Under the pieces are notes generated by a model. The model did no database searches. It saw nothing but the letters and a program-made list of their open reading frames with translations, and was not told the origin of the DNA. DNA of 32,000 nt, taken from positions 131,439-163,438 of the forward strand of contig CAVYAT010000002.1 of assembly GCA_963766605.1 (NCBI GenBank), given 5' to 3'. Each line of letters starts with the position of its first letter. Position 1 is the stretch's first letter. The stretch is from an uncultured Actinomycetes bacterium. GTDB lineage: Bacteria > Actinomycetota > Thermoleophilia > Solirubrobacterales > Solirubrobacteraceae. The position numbers and the translations under genes were made by a program. This document shows, in pieces, positions 8,913 through 16,602 of this stretch.

Positions 8913-9549
8913 ATGCTCCGGACGACCACCAGCCTCGCCGCAATCGTCGTCGCGGCGGGGCTCGCGGCCTCGGCCCGCGCCGCGACGATCCACCTGACCC
9001 GAACCGACGACCCGAGCTCGGGCGGCACGCGGTGCAGCACCCTCCTGTTGGTCAACACCGACTGCTCTCTGCGCAACGCCCTGAAGGCCGGCCGGCCCGT
9101 ATCTCGTCGAGCAGGAGGACTTGCCGCTGATCATTGCTCACGACGTCACGCTTCAGGGCACCGGCGCGCGGACGTCAACGATCGAGCGGTCGGGCGGGAT
9201 CGGCGGGGTCCTGTACATCAGCGCCGCCGACGCGACGGTAACGATCGACGGGGTGACGATCACCGGTGGGCGCGAGACGCTCGAGGGTGGTGGAGTCCTT
9301 AACCAAGGCGACCTGAGAATCAACAACAGCGCGGTGGTCGACAACGCCATCCTGGCGCAGTCGGGTACGCCCGCCTTCGGGGGCGGGATCTACAGCGACG
9401 GCCGGCTGGACCTCTTCGACACGACAGTCAGCGGCAACGAGGCGGTCAGCGACGGAACCGACTCAACGCGCCGCAACGTGCGACACAACGACCGCGACGG
9501 ACGCGAGCGTGAGACGACGACTCGCGCCCACTCGGCTCACCAACGGTGA
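8913..9549 (+). pseudogene. Secreted right-handed parallel beta-helix repeat protein, frameshifted and 3'-truncated
   Basis: Signal peptide MLRTTTSLAAIVVAAGLAASARA and a DCSLRNALKA motif (the CSLR(E/D)AI motif is typical at the N-terminus of beta-helix proteins) are in the 8913 frame. LPLIIAHDVTLQGTGARTSTIERSG...VTIDGVTITGG...LRINNSAVVDN...FGGGIYSDGRLDLFDTTVSGNEA is in the 9121 frame. The switch falls in ggccggccggccc (9086-9098). Repeat character is lost after ~9455, with a stop at 9547-9549, and only ~3 helix turns are present. Confidence 0.7.
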
Positions 9550-9699
9550 GACGCTGACCCCCAGACATGCCGCAAACGTCACGGCCATAACCGCGGTGGC
9601 GCTCCCGGCGATCGCGTGCGTCCAGGCCAACGTGACCCAAGCACTCGACCCTTTGGCGGTTGACGAGCGCGAATTCCCGAGTGTCGAGCAAGCCATCGC

Positions 9700-9846
9700 G
9701 TGGGGCCGTCGACAAGCGCGGTCGTGCTGGTTCGCGTGGGCTACTCCGACTACCACTCCGCCGGTGAAGAGCGCCCGCTCGACTACCCGAAGTGGCCGCC
9801 CACGGAAGACGCTATCCGCCGAGAAACGCTGCGAGACCCACCCTGA
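9700..9846 (+). CDS. Small hypothetical protein (possibly the 3' part of a ~70-aa gene starting near 9632 in another frame)
   Basis: GTG 9700 to TGA 9844-9846 gives VGPSTSAVVLVRVGYSDYHSAGEERPLDYPKWPPTEDAIRRETLRDPP. The adjacent frame upstream reads ...LDPLAVDEREFPSVEQAIAWGRRQA, which is protein-like, so a frame switch near 9716-9722 is possible. Confidence 0.3.
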   Translation: MGPSTSAVVLVRVGYSDYHSAGEERPLDYPKWPPTEDAIRRETLRDPP

Positions 9847-9981
9847 CCGCCCGCAGCAACAGGACGCGATGCTCAATCCTCGAAAGCGCGCAGAGCAGCA
9901 ACGCCCTGCCTGCGGGCGACGTGCCACGACGGCCACCCTTCCCCCGACGTATGGGAGACGCGGCGTAGCGGCTTGTCGCTC

Positions 9982-10031
9982 CCGTTGATCTTGATGTCGC
10001 TCTAACCCGGACTCCTGCGTTCCGCCCAAAG
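9982..10031. repeat. Copy A of a ~48-50 nt imperfect direct repeat
   Basis: ccgttgatcttgatgtcgctctaacccggactcctgcgttccgcccaaag. Hand alignment to copy B gives 33 of the first 37 columns identical and 41 of 50 overall. Confidence 0.6.
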
Positions 10032-10071
10032 CCAGGGGGTGCTTGACACGTGTCGACAGTGGCTGCGCCGC

Positions 10072-10350
10072 CTAGCGCGCGACGTACTCGTGGATCGGGA
10101 ACTCGTCTATCTCGGGCTGGACATCGACTCCGGAGCTAGCCATCGCAGGCCCGACGCGCTCGGCGATGAACGTGTCGAACTGGGCGCGCGACTCCCAGAA
10201 GTCGAGTACCCGCCAACCGCTTTCGGTCGGGCCGGAGGCGGAGAAGATGAGCCCGTCGGGGTGGTTGCTGCGAGTGTCGATCAGAGCATCGACGCGGTCG
10301 AATGCCTCTGCCTCCACACCGGGAAGGGTGATTCGGATTCCTACGGCCAT
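10072..10350 (-). CDS. Small ABM/dimeric alpha-beta-barrel-like protein (92 aa)
   Basis: ATG 10350 is preceded by GGAG 6 nt upstream. Product: MAVGIRITLPGVEAEAFDRVDALIDTRSNHPDGLIFSASGPTESGWRVLDFWESRAQFDTFIAERVGPAM... The size and the pattern (PDGLIFhaaGP..gGWrV.D.WES...F..F) resemble ferredoxin-fold ABM-like proteins. This is the downstream part of ORF 10072..10590. Confidence 0.7.
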   Translation of the reverse strand: MAVGIRITLPGVEAEAFDRVDALIDTRSNHPDGLIFSASGPTESGWRVLDFWESRAQFDTFIAERVGPAMASSGVDVQPEIDEFPIHEYVAR

Positions 10351-10392
10351 GTCGGTCTCCTCGTATTCGGTGCGGCAACGATACTTGGGCCG

Positions 10393-10440
10393 CCGTGGAT
10401 CTTGGTGTCGCTCTAGCCGGACTCCTGCCTTTCGCGAAGG
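10393..10440. repeat. Copy B of the ~48-50 nt imperfect direct repeat
   Basis: ccgtggatcttggtgtcgctctagccggactcctgcctttcgcgaagg. It starts 411 nt after copy A and lies 43-90 nt upstream (minus strand) of the ABM-like gene start. Confidence 0.6.
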
Positions 10441-10616
10441 AGGACTGGGAGCGGACGATCCTGAAGTCTGTGACCGCGGCACCGTGCGGTCGTAGCGACG
10501 GCGTCGAAATGGCGAGAGGTCTGCGTGGCTCGCTGGCGGTGGCCGGGAGTTCGGCATCGACCGGTGCGCCGTGTGTGTCGTAGCGCTCAATCAAAGCGAC
10601 AGCGGATCGGCAGTCC

Positions 10617-11927
10617 CTAGTCGGTTGACAGCGGTTGGACGTGGACGACGTCGTGGACGTGCGAGCCGGTGTTGCTGCAGGTGGTGAGGTAGTGCTGATT
10701 GCCGGTGCAGTCTGCTGGCGGTAGCGGTGGCCCGAGATGGGCGATGCCAGCTTCGATGGTCGCGGTGTCGAAGCGTTGACGCAGCGCGAGGCCGTCAAGT
10801 GGGACGTGGAATTGCTCCGCGTGTGCGGCGAGCAGGCCGAAGCCCTGACCGATCGGGATGTATGCCGACTGGTCGCTGCCGTCGGGGCAGCCGTCCATGC
10901 TGTCCTCGCCGACACCGGGCAACGTGATGTTGAGGTCTGACAGCGTGCCGCTTGGCTGGAGTGTCAAGTAGGGCGCCGGAACCGACGTCGGTGAACGCAC
11001 GATGGCCCCGTTGCATGCGTAGGCCTGGCTGGTGCCGCCACAGTCGTTTTCGGGAAAGAAGTTGCCCGATGCCGACCACGTTCCTGTGATCTGACCGGTG
11101 CCGTTGGCGAGGGCGACGCGCTTGATCGCGCCGTTCGCCAGGACAGTGATCGGCGGGAACGTCGCGGTCTGGGTCATCGTGCCGTTCTCGGTTCCCTTGG
11201 CCTGGCAGGACGCATCGCCGGCGCCGAGTGTCGCGCTCTCGGAGTTGGCGTAGGTGACGGTGTAGGTGACCGAGATCTTGAACTCCAGCGGTCGGCTCTT
11301 TCTCAAGACCGCCGTCGGCGATCGCGCGGCCTGGTAGAGGTCGCCGAGCGCGAACTGCTCGTGCTGCTTGCCGCCTCCGGCCATCGCGAACATCGCGTTG
11401 AGGATGCTCCTTGGGTCACAGTCGAGGCTCTTTTGCGCTGCCATCGCGCGTCGCGCGTAGCGGGCCTCGTTCTTACGCTCGAGGCGCGCCGCCTCGAGTT
11501 CGACGGCCGCCTTTTTGAGGTGGTGGCGACGGGCGCCGCTCGTCTTCTCGGCGAGCGCGTCGAGTTGTTTCTCGATCCGCGCGTAGTCGCCGTCGGAGGT
11601 GAACGCGGGCTCGAAGTCGCGCTTCAGGCCTTCCTCGGCGAGCGATATCGCGCGGTCGAGCAGCGCACGCGTCTCGGTGGCTTCGTCAGGGTCGAGCCGT
11701 CCCAGCCGAGCCGTACCGCACGCGTCATTGATCAAATCGGAGTCGGCGCCGTGCTGCTGGCTGAACTGCTGGATCGCGGCCGTCTTGGACTCGAGCGTCC
11801 GGCGCACCTGGCGCAGCACGGCGTTGTCGCCCTTCGCGACCGCGGTGGCCGGCGATAGCACGAGTGCCCCAGCCGCGGCAGCGCTGAGCAGCGCCATCGC
11901 CGCCCGATCGACCCAAAAGCGGCCCAT
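10617..11927 (-). CDS. Secreted hypothetical protein (helical N-terminal half, Cys-containing beta-rich C-terminal half)
   Basis: 436-aa ORF. The signal-like N-terminus is MALLSAAAAGALVLSPATAVAKG. About 180 aa of charged, helix-like sequence follow (LDALAEKTSGARRHHLKKAAVELEAARLERKNEARYARRAM). Then comes a T/S/G/N-rich region with several Cys (DASCQAKG, NDCGGTSQAYACNG, DGCPDG, ADCTGNQHYLTTC). I do not recognise a family. Confidence 0.75.
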   Translation of the reverse strand: MGRFWVDRAAMALLSAAAAGALVLSPATAVAKGDNAVLRQVRRTLESKTAAIQQFSQQHGADSDLINDACGTARLGRLDPDEATETRALLDRAISLAEEGLKRDFEPAFTSDGDYARIEKQLDALAEKTSGARRHHLKKAAVELEAARLERKNEARYARRAMAAQKSLDCDPRSILNAMFAMAGGGKQHEQFALGDLYQAARSPTAVLRKSRPLEFKISVTYTVTYANSESATLGAGDASCQAKGTENGTMTQTATFPPITVLANGAIKRVALANGTGQITGTWSASGNFFPENDCGGTSQAYACNGAIVRSPTSVPAPYLTLQPSGTLSDLNITLPGVGEDSMDGCPDGSDQSAYIPIGQGFGLLAAHAEQFHVPLDGLALRQRFDTATIEAGIAHLGPPLPPADCTGNQHYLTTCSNTGSHVHDVVHVQPLSTD

Positions 11928-12040
11928 GAACCGACAACCTAGCCCAGCCGACGCGCGTGTGTGTCAGTTCCAGGCATCTCGAACGACGACCGCCTTGCCG
12001 GAAGCGATCACGCTTGCGGGAGTCGCGTTGGCGACTGGAA

Positions 12041-12403
12041 TCAGCAGATCGGGCCGGAGTCGGACACGGTCGCGTGTAGCAGAGCCCGCACGGTGGTCGG
12101 ATCGACCTGCTCGGGGCGGCGAAAACGGACACAGCCCTTGCCGACCGAGAGTCCACCGAGTCTCTGGGCGTTCGCGTTGAGCGCTGCCTGACGAAGGATG
12201 TACAGGGAGATGTAGGCCTTCTGGCTCGCGAATGCGACTTCGACCGCATCGTCCCGCAAATAGGCCGGCATTCCGTGCCTCATCGCCTCATCGAAACCGG
12301 ACAGCTCTTCTCGACACAATCGCCGCAGCAAAGTGAGTGCGCTTCGGCGCTCGAGCGAGGCTTCGCCGATGTACTCGTCGATCGTCGCTGCCCTGCTCTG
12401 CAT
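12041..12403 (-). CDS. DUF1801 (YdhG-like) domain protein
   Basis: 120 aa: MQSRAATIDEYIGEASLERRSALTLLRRLCREELSGFDEAMRHGMPAY...VAFASQKAYISLYI. The pattern (IDEYI, ...GMP.Y......vaFa.qK.yisLY) is typical of DUF1801. Confidence 0.75.
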   Translation of the reverse strand: MQSRAATIDEYIGEASLERRSALTLLRRLCREELSGFDEAMRHGMPAYLRDDAVEVAFASQKAYISLYILRQAALNANAQRLGGLSVGKGCVRFRRPEQVDPTTVRALLHATVSDSGPIC

Positions 12404-12538
12404 AGCCCGCCACGAGCGTAGCGCGGGGCACGCCGCGGCTTCAGCCCACCCGGATGCGAGATTTCAGGCGACCAGGGCGGATCGAGGCGCACCCAACCTG
12501 AGCGATGAATTCACGCGACGGGGTAGGTCTGTACCGGC

Positions 12539-13096
12539 ATGAGCGGTAGAAAAGTGGTTCTCAAAATGGTGATATCCCTCGACGGTTTCGCCACGAGCCC
12601 CGACGGGACCCATGAATGGATGTTCGAGTGGTTCGGCGACGACTCCAATGAGCGCAATCTCCGCGCGCTCGAGGAGGCCGGCGTTCACGCGATGGGCCGC
12701 CGCAGCTACGAGATCATGGGCCCGCACTGGGCCGCGTCGGAGGGGCCGATCGCAGCCGCGATGAACGAGAAACCGAAGGCTGTTTTCTCCCGCACCCTCG
12801 AGAAGGCGCAATGGGGACCGGCCGAGATCTTCGGCGGGGACCTCACCGCGGCGATCGCGGACCTGAAGGCCCGCGATGACGACGGAACGGTCCTGGTCCA
12901 TGGTGGTCCCACCTTGGCCACGTCGCTGACGCGCCTGGGCCTCGTCGACGAATACCAGCTGTCGACGGTCCCGATTGCGATCGGCGCCGGCCGCAGCCCA
13001 TTCGCAGAACTGGACGAGCACCTGAAGCTCGACGTCGTCGAACAGCAGCGCTTCCGAAGCGGAGCCCTCGCCCAGATCCTGGTGCCGAAGCGATAG
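12539..13096 (+). CDS. Dihydrofolate reductase family protein (RibD C-terminal domain-like)
   Basis: 185 aa: KVVLKMVISLDGFATSPDG...MGRRSYEIM...KAVFSRTLEKAQWG...VLVHGGPTLATSLTRLGLVDEYQLSTVPIAIGAGRSPF. This is the classic RibD_C/YwjB-like pattern. Confidence 0.85.
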   Translation: MSGRKVVLKMVISLDGFATSPDGTHEWMFEWFGDDSNERNLRALEEAGVHAMGRRSYEIMGPHWAASEGPIAAAMNEKPKAVFSRTLEKAQWGPAEIFGGDLTAAIADLKARDDDGTVLVHGGPTLATSLTRLGLVDEYQLSTVPIAIGAGRSPFAELDEHLKLDVVEQQRFRSGALAQILVPKR

Positions 13097-13132
13097 ACGA
13101 CGCCGTCGCGCACGATGTCGGCTGTCACTGCG

Positions 13133-13164
13133 ACCGGCGTGGCCGGGAACCGCTCCACGCCGGT
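13133..13164. terminator. 10-bp perfect hairpin between convergent genes (candidate bidirectional terminator)
   Basis: ACCGGCGTGG (13133-13142), 12-nt loop, CCACGCCGGT (13155-13164). It lies between the stops at 13094-13096 (+) and 13203-13205 (-). Confidence 0.55.
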
Positions 13165-13202
13165 GACGGTGACGTTCCTGGTGCGTTGGCGCTGGTTCGC
13201 GA

Positions 13203-13808
13203 TTACTCCAGCGTGTTCAGGTCGGTCGGGCACCGCGGGTCGACGACGATCGTTCCGGGGCGCCACACCTCGCGGTCGAGGAAGAGCCACTGTCCGTGGA
13301 GCTTCACGAACTTGTCGGTGTACGTCCCCATGATCGAGATGTGGGGGTTGTTGGGGGCGGTGAGACTCTGGCTGACGATCGACACGTACGAGTGTCCCGT
13401 CGCCTGGTTGCCGTTGCCCTGGATCAGGATGTTGTAGGGCATGTGCTGCTCGTGATGGTCCTGCTGAAACTTCCCGAACGTCTGCGCCAGGTTGCGCAGC
13501 TGATCGGTGCCGACGTCGCAGATGCTCGGGTCGTGGAACGTGCCGTTGGGGGCGAACACGTTTGTGACGAAGTCGTCGGCCTTCCCGCCGTCGAGATCCT
13601 GGCTGTAGCGGGCGTACAGGTCGAGGATGTCGAGCCTGTCCTTGACCGAGAGCCCGCTGTGGCCGTTGTTGAACGGGCCGCGGTGCTTGTCGTGGCCGCC
13701 GTGGGCGAAAACGCCCCCGGCCATGACCAGCGCAGCGACCGCCGCGGTAAGGACGGCCGTGGCGGCGATCGTGCGCGCCTGGCGCATGCGGGACTTGGAT
13801 GTGGGCAT
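13203..13808 (-). CDS. Secreted nuclear-transport-factor-2 / SnoaL-like family protein
   Basis: ORF 13203..13820. ATG 13808 is preferred because GAGGTGGAG lies 6 nt upstream. The signal-like N-terminus is MPTSKSRMRQARTIAATAVLTAAVAALVMAGGVFA. LSVKDRLDILDLYARYSQDLDGGKADDFVTNVFAPNGTF...GTYTDKFVKLHGQWLF fits the SnoaL_4/NTF2 pattern. Confidence 0.75.
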   Translation of the reverse strand: MPTSKSRMRQARTIAATAVLTAAVAALVMAGGVFAHGGHDKHRGPFNNGHSGLSVKDRLDILDLYARYSQDLDGGKADDFVTNVFAPNGTFHDPSICDVGTDQLRNLAQTFGKFQQDHHEQHMPYNILIQGNGNQATGHSYVSIVSQSLTAPNNPHISIMGTYTDKFVKLHGQWLFLDREVWRPGTIVVDPRCPTDLNTLE

Positions 13809-14004
13809 TGCGAACTCCACCTCTCTGAGGTCGTAGGTAGATAACCCCTGCAGAGCCCCGCGGCTGGACGTGGATGTGCCTTAGGCGCCCGATGGTCCGC
13901 TCGACCGGTGTGTGAGCGAGACCACCCTCCCCTGCGTACGGCGCTCATCACCGGGTCTTACCCACTGGACAAAGCATCAAGCCACGTTCTCGGCCCCGCG
14001 AACG

Positions 14005-14046
14005 CTGACAACGAAGAGGTCCCGGGTTCGGATCCTGGGTCGCCCA
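14005..14046 (+). other. tRNA 3'-half-like fragment (anticodon-loop-like, variable loop, T-arm, acceptor 3' strand), not an intact tRNA
   Basis: CTGACAA (14005-14011), cgaag, AGGTC, then T-stem CCGGG (14022-26), loop TTCGGAT, stem CCTGG (14034-38, one G-U), GTCGCCC-A (14039-46), followed by CTCC rather than CCA. No complementary 5' acceptor, D-arm or anticodon stem is found upstream. The T-loop has G where the conserved A58 is expected. Confidence 0.35.
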
Positions 14047-14138
14047 CTCCGGAAGACCCCGCTCAGGCAGGGTTGCCTGTTGTTGGAGGCCTCGTCCCCG
14101 TCGTGATCCGCGGCTGCCGGGCTGGATCGAGGCCGGCG

Positions 14139-16085
14139 CTACTTCACCGTCAGCTTCAACTTCAGATCCACCCGGTTGCCGAACGTGTCGATCAGCCGCA
14201 CGCTCTCGGTCAGCTTCTGGTGACGGTGCGCGCGCAGACTGAACGTGAGCTTCACGTGCTTGCGGTCGAGCGTCCCCTGCTTGACGGCGAGGATCGTCGT
14301 CCCGCGGCGCACGACGGCGAAGTACTGACACGGGCACGCCGCGTCGCTGACCTTGCTGAGCACGTCGGCGAGCGAGCGCTTGCCATGGACGGTCTTCTTG
14401 GCCAGCGTCAGCTTGCCGCGCACCTTGCGCAGTGCCGTCCGCGCGTCCTCGGCGGCGCTCGTCACCTTCACGGCGACGGTTGCGGCGGTGCTCGCGCCGG
14501 CGTTGTCGAATGCCGTCACGCGTGCGGTGAACGTGCCCTTCGTCGGATAGATGTGACTGGCGGTAGGCCCGGAGGTCACGCGGTCGGCGACGCCGTCGCC
14601 ATCGAAGTCCCACTCGTAGCGCCCGATCGACCCGTCGGGGTCAGACGCCGTCGCCGTGAACGAGAACGACTTCGTCGTCGAGCCCGATCCCGGAGCGACG
14701 GCCAGCGAGACGACCGGCGGCTGGTCGAGCGGGTCGGGCGCGGTGACGAGCCGGGCAACCGCGAACTGAGACGGCACCGGGTTGGGCGAGGGCGGCACCG
14801 TCGGCGGCGCCAGTACGCGGAACGTCCCGACGGTGACCAGGCCCGCCGGCGTCAGGACGCTCGCCGCGTGCGAGTACGAATCGGTCGGCCCGTTGAACCA
14901 CGACGTGAACGGCCCATAGCCGTTGATCGGGTTGTCGCCGAACGACAGATCATGTGTGCCGTCGGCGTTCAGCCGGTTGGCGTAGCCGGAGCCGCGCACC
15001 CCGAGCCCACCGGCGGTGGCGACGACGTCGGCCCCGATCACGATGACACGACCGTCGTCGCCGATCACGAGGTCGCTCGGGATCGCGAGGCCGCCGTTGC
15101 CGATCTGCGTAACACCGCTTCCGCCGCCGAACGACGTGGCCACGTGCCCGTCAGGCGTGAAACGGACGACGGTCTCCGCGGCGGCGGCCGCGGCGAGGTT
15201 TCCGATGACCGCAAGACCCGCGGCCGAGACCGCCGGCTGACCGACGGCGGGGCCCTGAAGCGTGGCCGGCGAGCTCGGCAGCGTCGCAACCCCAGCGGTG
15301 CCGTAGGTTGGATCGGGCTGACCGCCCGTCGTGAAGCGCACGGCTGACAGCTCGTGCGTCGTGTTGTCGGCCTGCACACCGTTGGCCACGACGATCGGCT
15401 TCCCGTCGCTCTGGAGCACGACCCGGCCGATCGCCGCGTTGGTCCCGGCGTTGATTGCCTCGGAGCCGACGCCGGCGGTACCGAACGACGCGTCCTGGAC
15501 GCCCGCCGCATTCAGGCGGGCGATGCCGGCCGTCTTGGCGCCGACCGGGCCGTCGAAGTACACGAACCCGTTGCGGCCGTCGACGGCCACGCCGGAGACC
15601 GCGGTGAACGGAGCCGGGAGCGCCGTGATTGTCGCCGGTGCGGCGACGCCGCCGGCCGAGACGGTGTCGACGGCAAGGCTGGGAATCGCTGCGTTGAAGA
15701 CGACAGCCCCGACGAGGTAGGACCCGTCGGGCCGCTGCGCCACCGCGATCGCCCCGCTCGCGCTGTTCGGCGGGGCGATCGGGATCTCCACGTGCCCGGC
15801 AGTCCCGAACCCGCTTCGCGGTGTGCCCGACGCGTCGAGCGCGACCAGGCCGAGGTCGGACGTCGTCGAGGGCGCGGTCTGCGCGGCGCGCCCCGCGACG
15901 ATCAGCCCGCCGTCCGAGGTCGCTGCGACCGCCACAGCACCATCGACGAAAGCGCCGACATGCTGGGTGACCTCGCCGGTGCCGGCGCCGAACGTCGTGT
16001 CCAGCGCGCCGGGGTGGGCGCCGGCCGCGGCGGGAAGGCCCAGCAGGAGGGACAGGGACAGGGCCAGGGCGGCGCGAATTTGCAT
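14139..16085 (-). CDS. Secreted delta-60 repeat (beta-propeller-like) protein with PKD domain
   Basis: 648 aa. Signal peptide MQIRAALALSLSLLLGLPAAAGA. Recurrent motifs are LDTTFG.G.G, DGGLIVAG, DASFGTAG, PDPTYGTAG and DLSFGDN, spaced ~50-60 aa apart. The PKD-like segment is FSFTATASDPDGSIGRYEWDFDGDGVADRVTSGPTASHIYPTKGTFTARVTAFDNAGAS. A ~100-aa basic C-terminal domain follows. Confidence 0.85.
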   Translation of the reverse strand: MQIRAALALSLSLLLGLPAAAGAHPGALDTTFGAGTGEVTQHVGAFVDGAVAVAATSDGGLIVAGRAAQTAPSTTSDLGLVALDASGTPRSGFGTAGHVEIPIAPPNSASGAIAVAQRPDGSYLVGAVVFNAAIPSLAVDTVSAGGVAAPATITALPAPFTAVSGVAVDGRNGFVYFDGPVGAKTAGIARLNAAGVQDASFGTAGVGSEAINAGTNAAIGRVVLQSDGKPIVVANGVQADNTTHELSAVRFTTGGQPDPTYGTAGVATLPSSPATLQGPAVGQPAVSAAGLAVIGNLAAAAAAETVVRFTPDGHVATSFGGGSGVTQIGNGGLAIPSDLVIGDDGRVIVIGADVVATAGGLGVRGSGYANRLNADGTHDLSFGDNPINGYGPFTSWFNGPTDSYSHAASVLTPAGLVTVGTFRVLAPPTVPPSPNPVPSQFAVARLVTAPDPLDQPPVVSLAVAPGSGSTTKSFSFTATASDPDGSIGRYEWDFDGDGVADRVTSGPTASHIYPTKGTFTARVTAFDNAGASTAATVAVKVTSAAEDARTALRKVRGKLTLAKKTVHGKRSLADVLSKVSDAACPCQYFAVVRRGTTILAVKQGTLDRKHVKLTFSLRAHRHQKLTESVRLIDTFGNRVDLKLKLTVK

Positions 16086-16202
16086 GTCCGCAGACTACGC
16101 ACCGCTTCCACGGAAATTGCCGTTAACCGGCGGATATCCGAGGCGTCGCACCCGCGCGCTAGGGTCTGGCCGCCATGTCCGCTGGGTCAACAAGGGGAAT
16201 CG

Positions 16203-16586
16203 ATGGATAACGACTCGAGAGTCACCGGGTGGTGGGTCTTCGCGGGGATTCTGCTCGCGATCGCCGGCTTCCTGAACGTCGTCTGGGGCATCGCCGCGAT
16301 CAGCAACTCGAAGTTCTTCACGGCGGAGTCGACCTACATCGTGAGCAGCCTGCACACCTGGGGCTGGATCACGCTCATCATCGGGGCGATCCAGATCATC
16401 GCCGCGTTCTCGCTGTTCTCCGGCGGCGGCTTCGGCCGCATCATCGGAATCATCGCCGGGTCGCTCGGTGCAATCGAGGCGCTGGCCGGAACGGGCACGA
16501 CGCCGTTCTGGTCGCTGTCCGTGTTCGCGCTGTGCGTGATCGTCGTCTACCAGCTCTGCAAGCCCGCAGACGCAACAACCGCCTGA
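16203..16586 (+). CDS. Small integral membrane protein, DUF7144-like (HdeD/DUF308-related)
   Basis: ATG 16203 is preceded by GGGGAA. 127 aa with four hydrophobic spans: WWVFAGILLAIAGFLNVVWGIAAI, HTWGWITLIIGAIQIIAAFSLF, FGRIIGIIAGSLGAIEAL, TPFWSLSVFALCVIVVYQL. This is the downstream part of ORF 15354..16586. Confidence 0.75.
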   Translation: MDNDSRVTGWWVFAGILLAIAGFLNVVWGIAAISNSKFFTAESTYIVSSLHTWGWITLIIGAIQIIAAFSLFSGGGFGRIIGIIAGSLGAIEALAGTGTTPFWSLSVFALCVIVVYQLCKPADATTA

Positions 16587-16602
16587 CCGGAGCTGACATA
16601 TA

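Noticed and set aside
9463-10029. 188-aa minus ORF with Cys clusters (CCSARF...SCCCGRSGW), considered as a possible RiPP-like or metal-binding peptide
   Set aside because: It has no plausible start or RBS context. Its composition is otherwise Arg/Ala/Val off-frame-like, and it overlaps the more protein-like small plus-strand ORF.
10043-10048. Perfect TTGACA -35 hexamer next to a 10-nt palindrome GACACGTGTC
   Set aside because: No TAnnnT hexamer lies at 16-19 nt spacing (the nearest, TAGCGC, is 24 nt away). It would also drive transcription antisense into the 3' end of the ABM-like gene. Probably a chance occurrence.
13953-14046. Attempt to fold a complete tRNA (or tmRNA 3' domain) around the T-arm-like element
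   Set aside because: The best 5' acceptor candidate (gggtctt, 13953-13959) mismatches at 2 of 7 positions. No D-arm is present, and the anticodon stem pairs at only 2 of 5 positions. There is no tmRNA-like 5' end or tag reading frame in the right place. Only a 3'-half-like fragment is retained.
14046-14080. CCGGAAG / CAGGCAGGG strings resembling the SRP (4.5S) RNA domain IV
   Set aside because: The GGAA tetraloop context and the flanking symmetric-loop motifs do not pair as in SRP RNA. The only clean structure is a 6-bp hairpin CAGGCA-gggt-TGCCTG, which may be the terminator of the upstream minus-strand gene.
13908-16586. 479-aa (13908..15347) and 410-aa (15354..16586) plus-strand ORFs
   Set aside because: Both are antisense to the delta-60/PKD gene and Arg/Gly/Asp-rich. 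Only the last 127 codons of the second (from ATG 16203) form a credible membrane protein.
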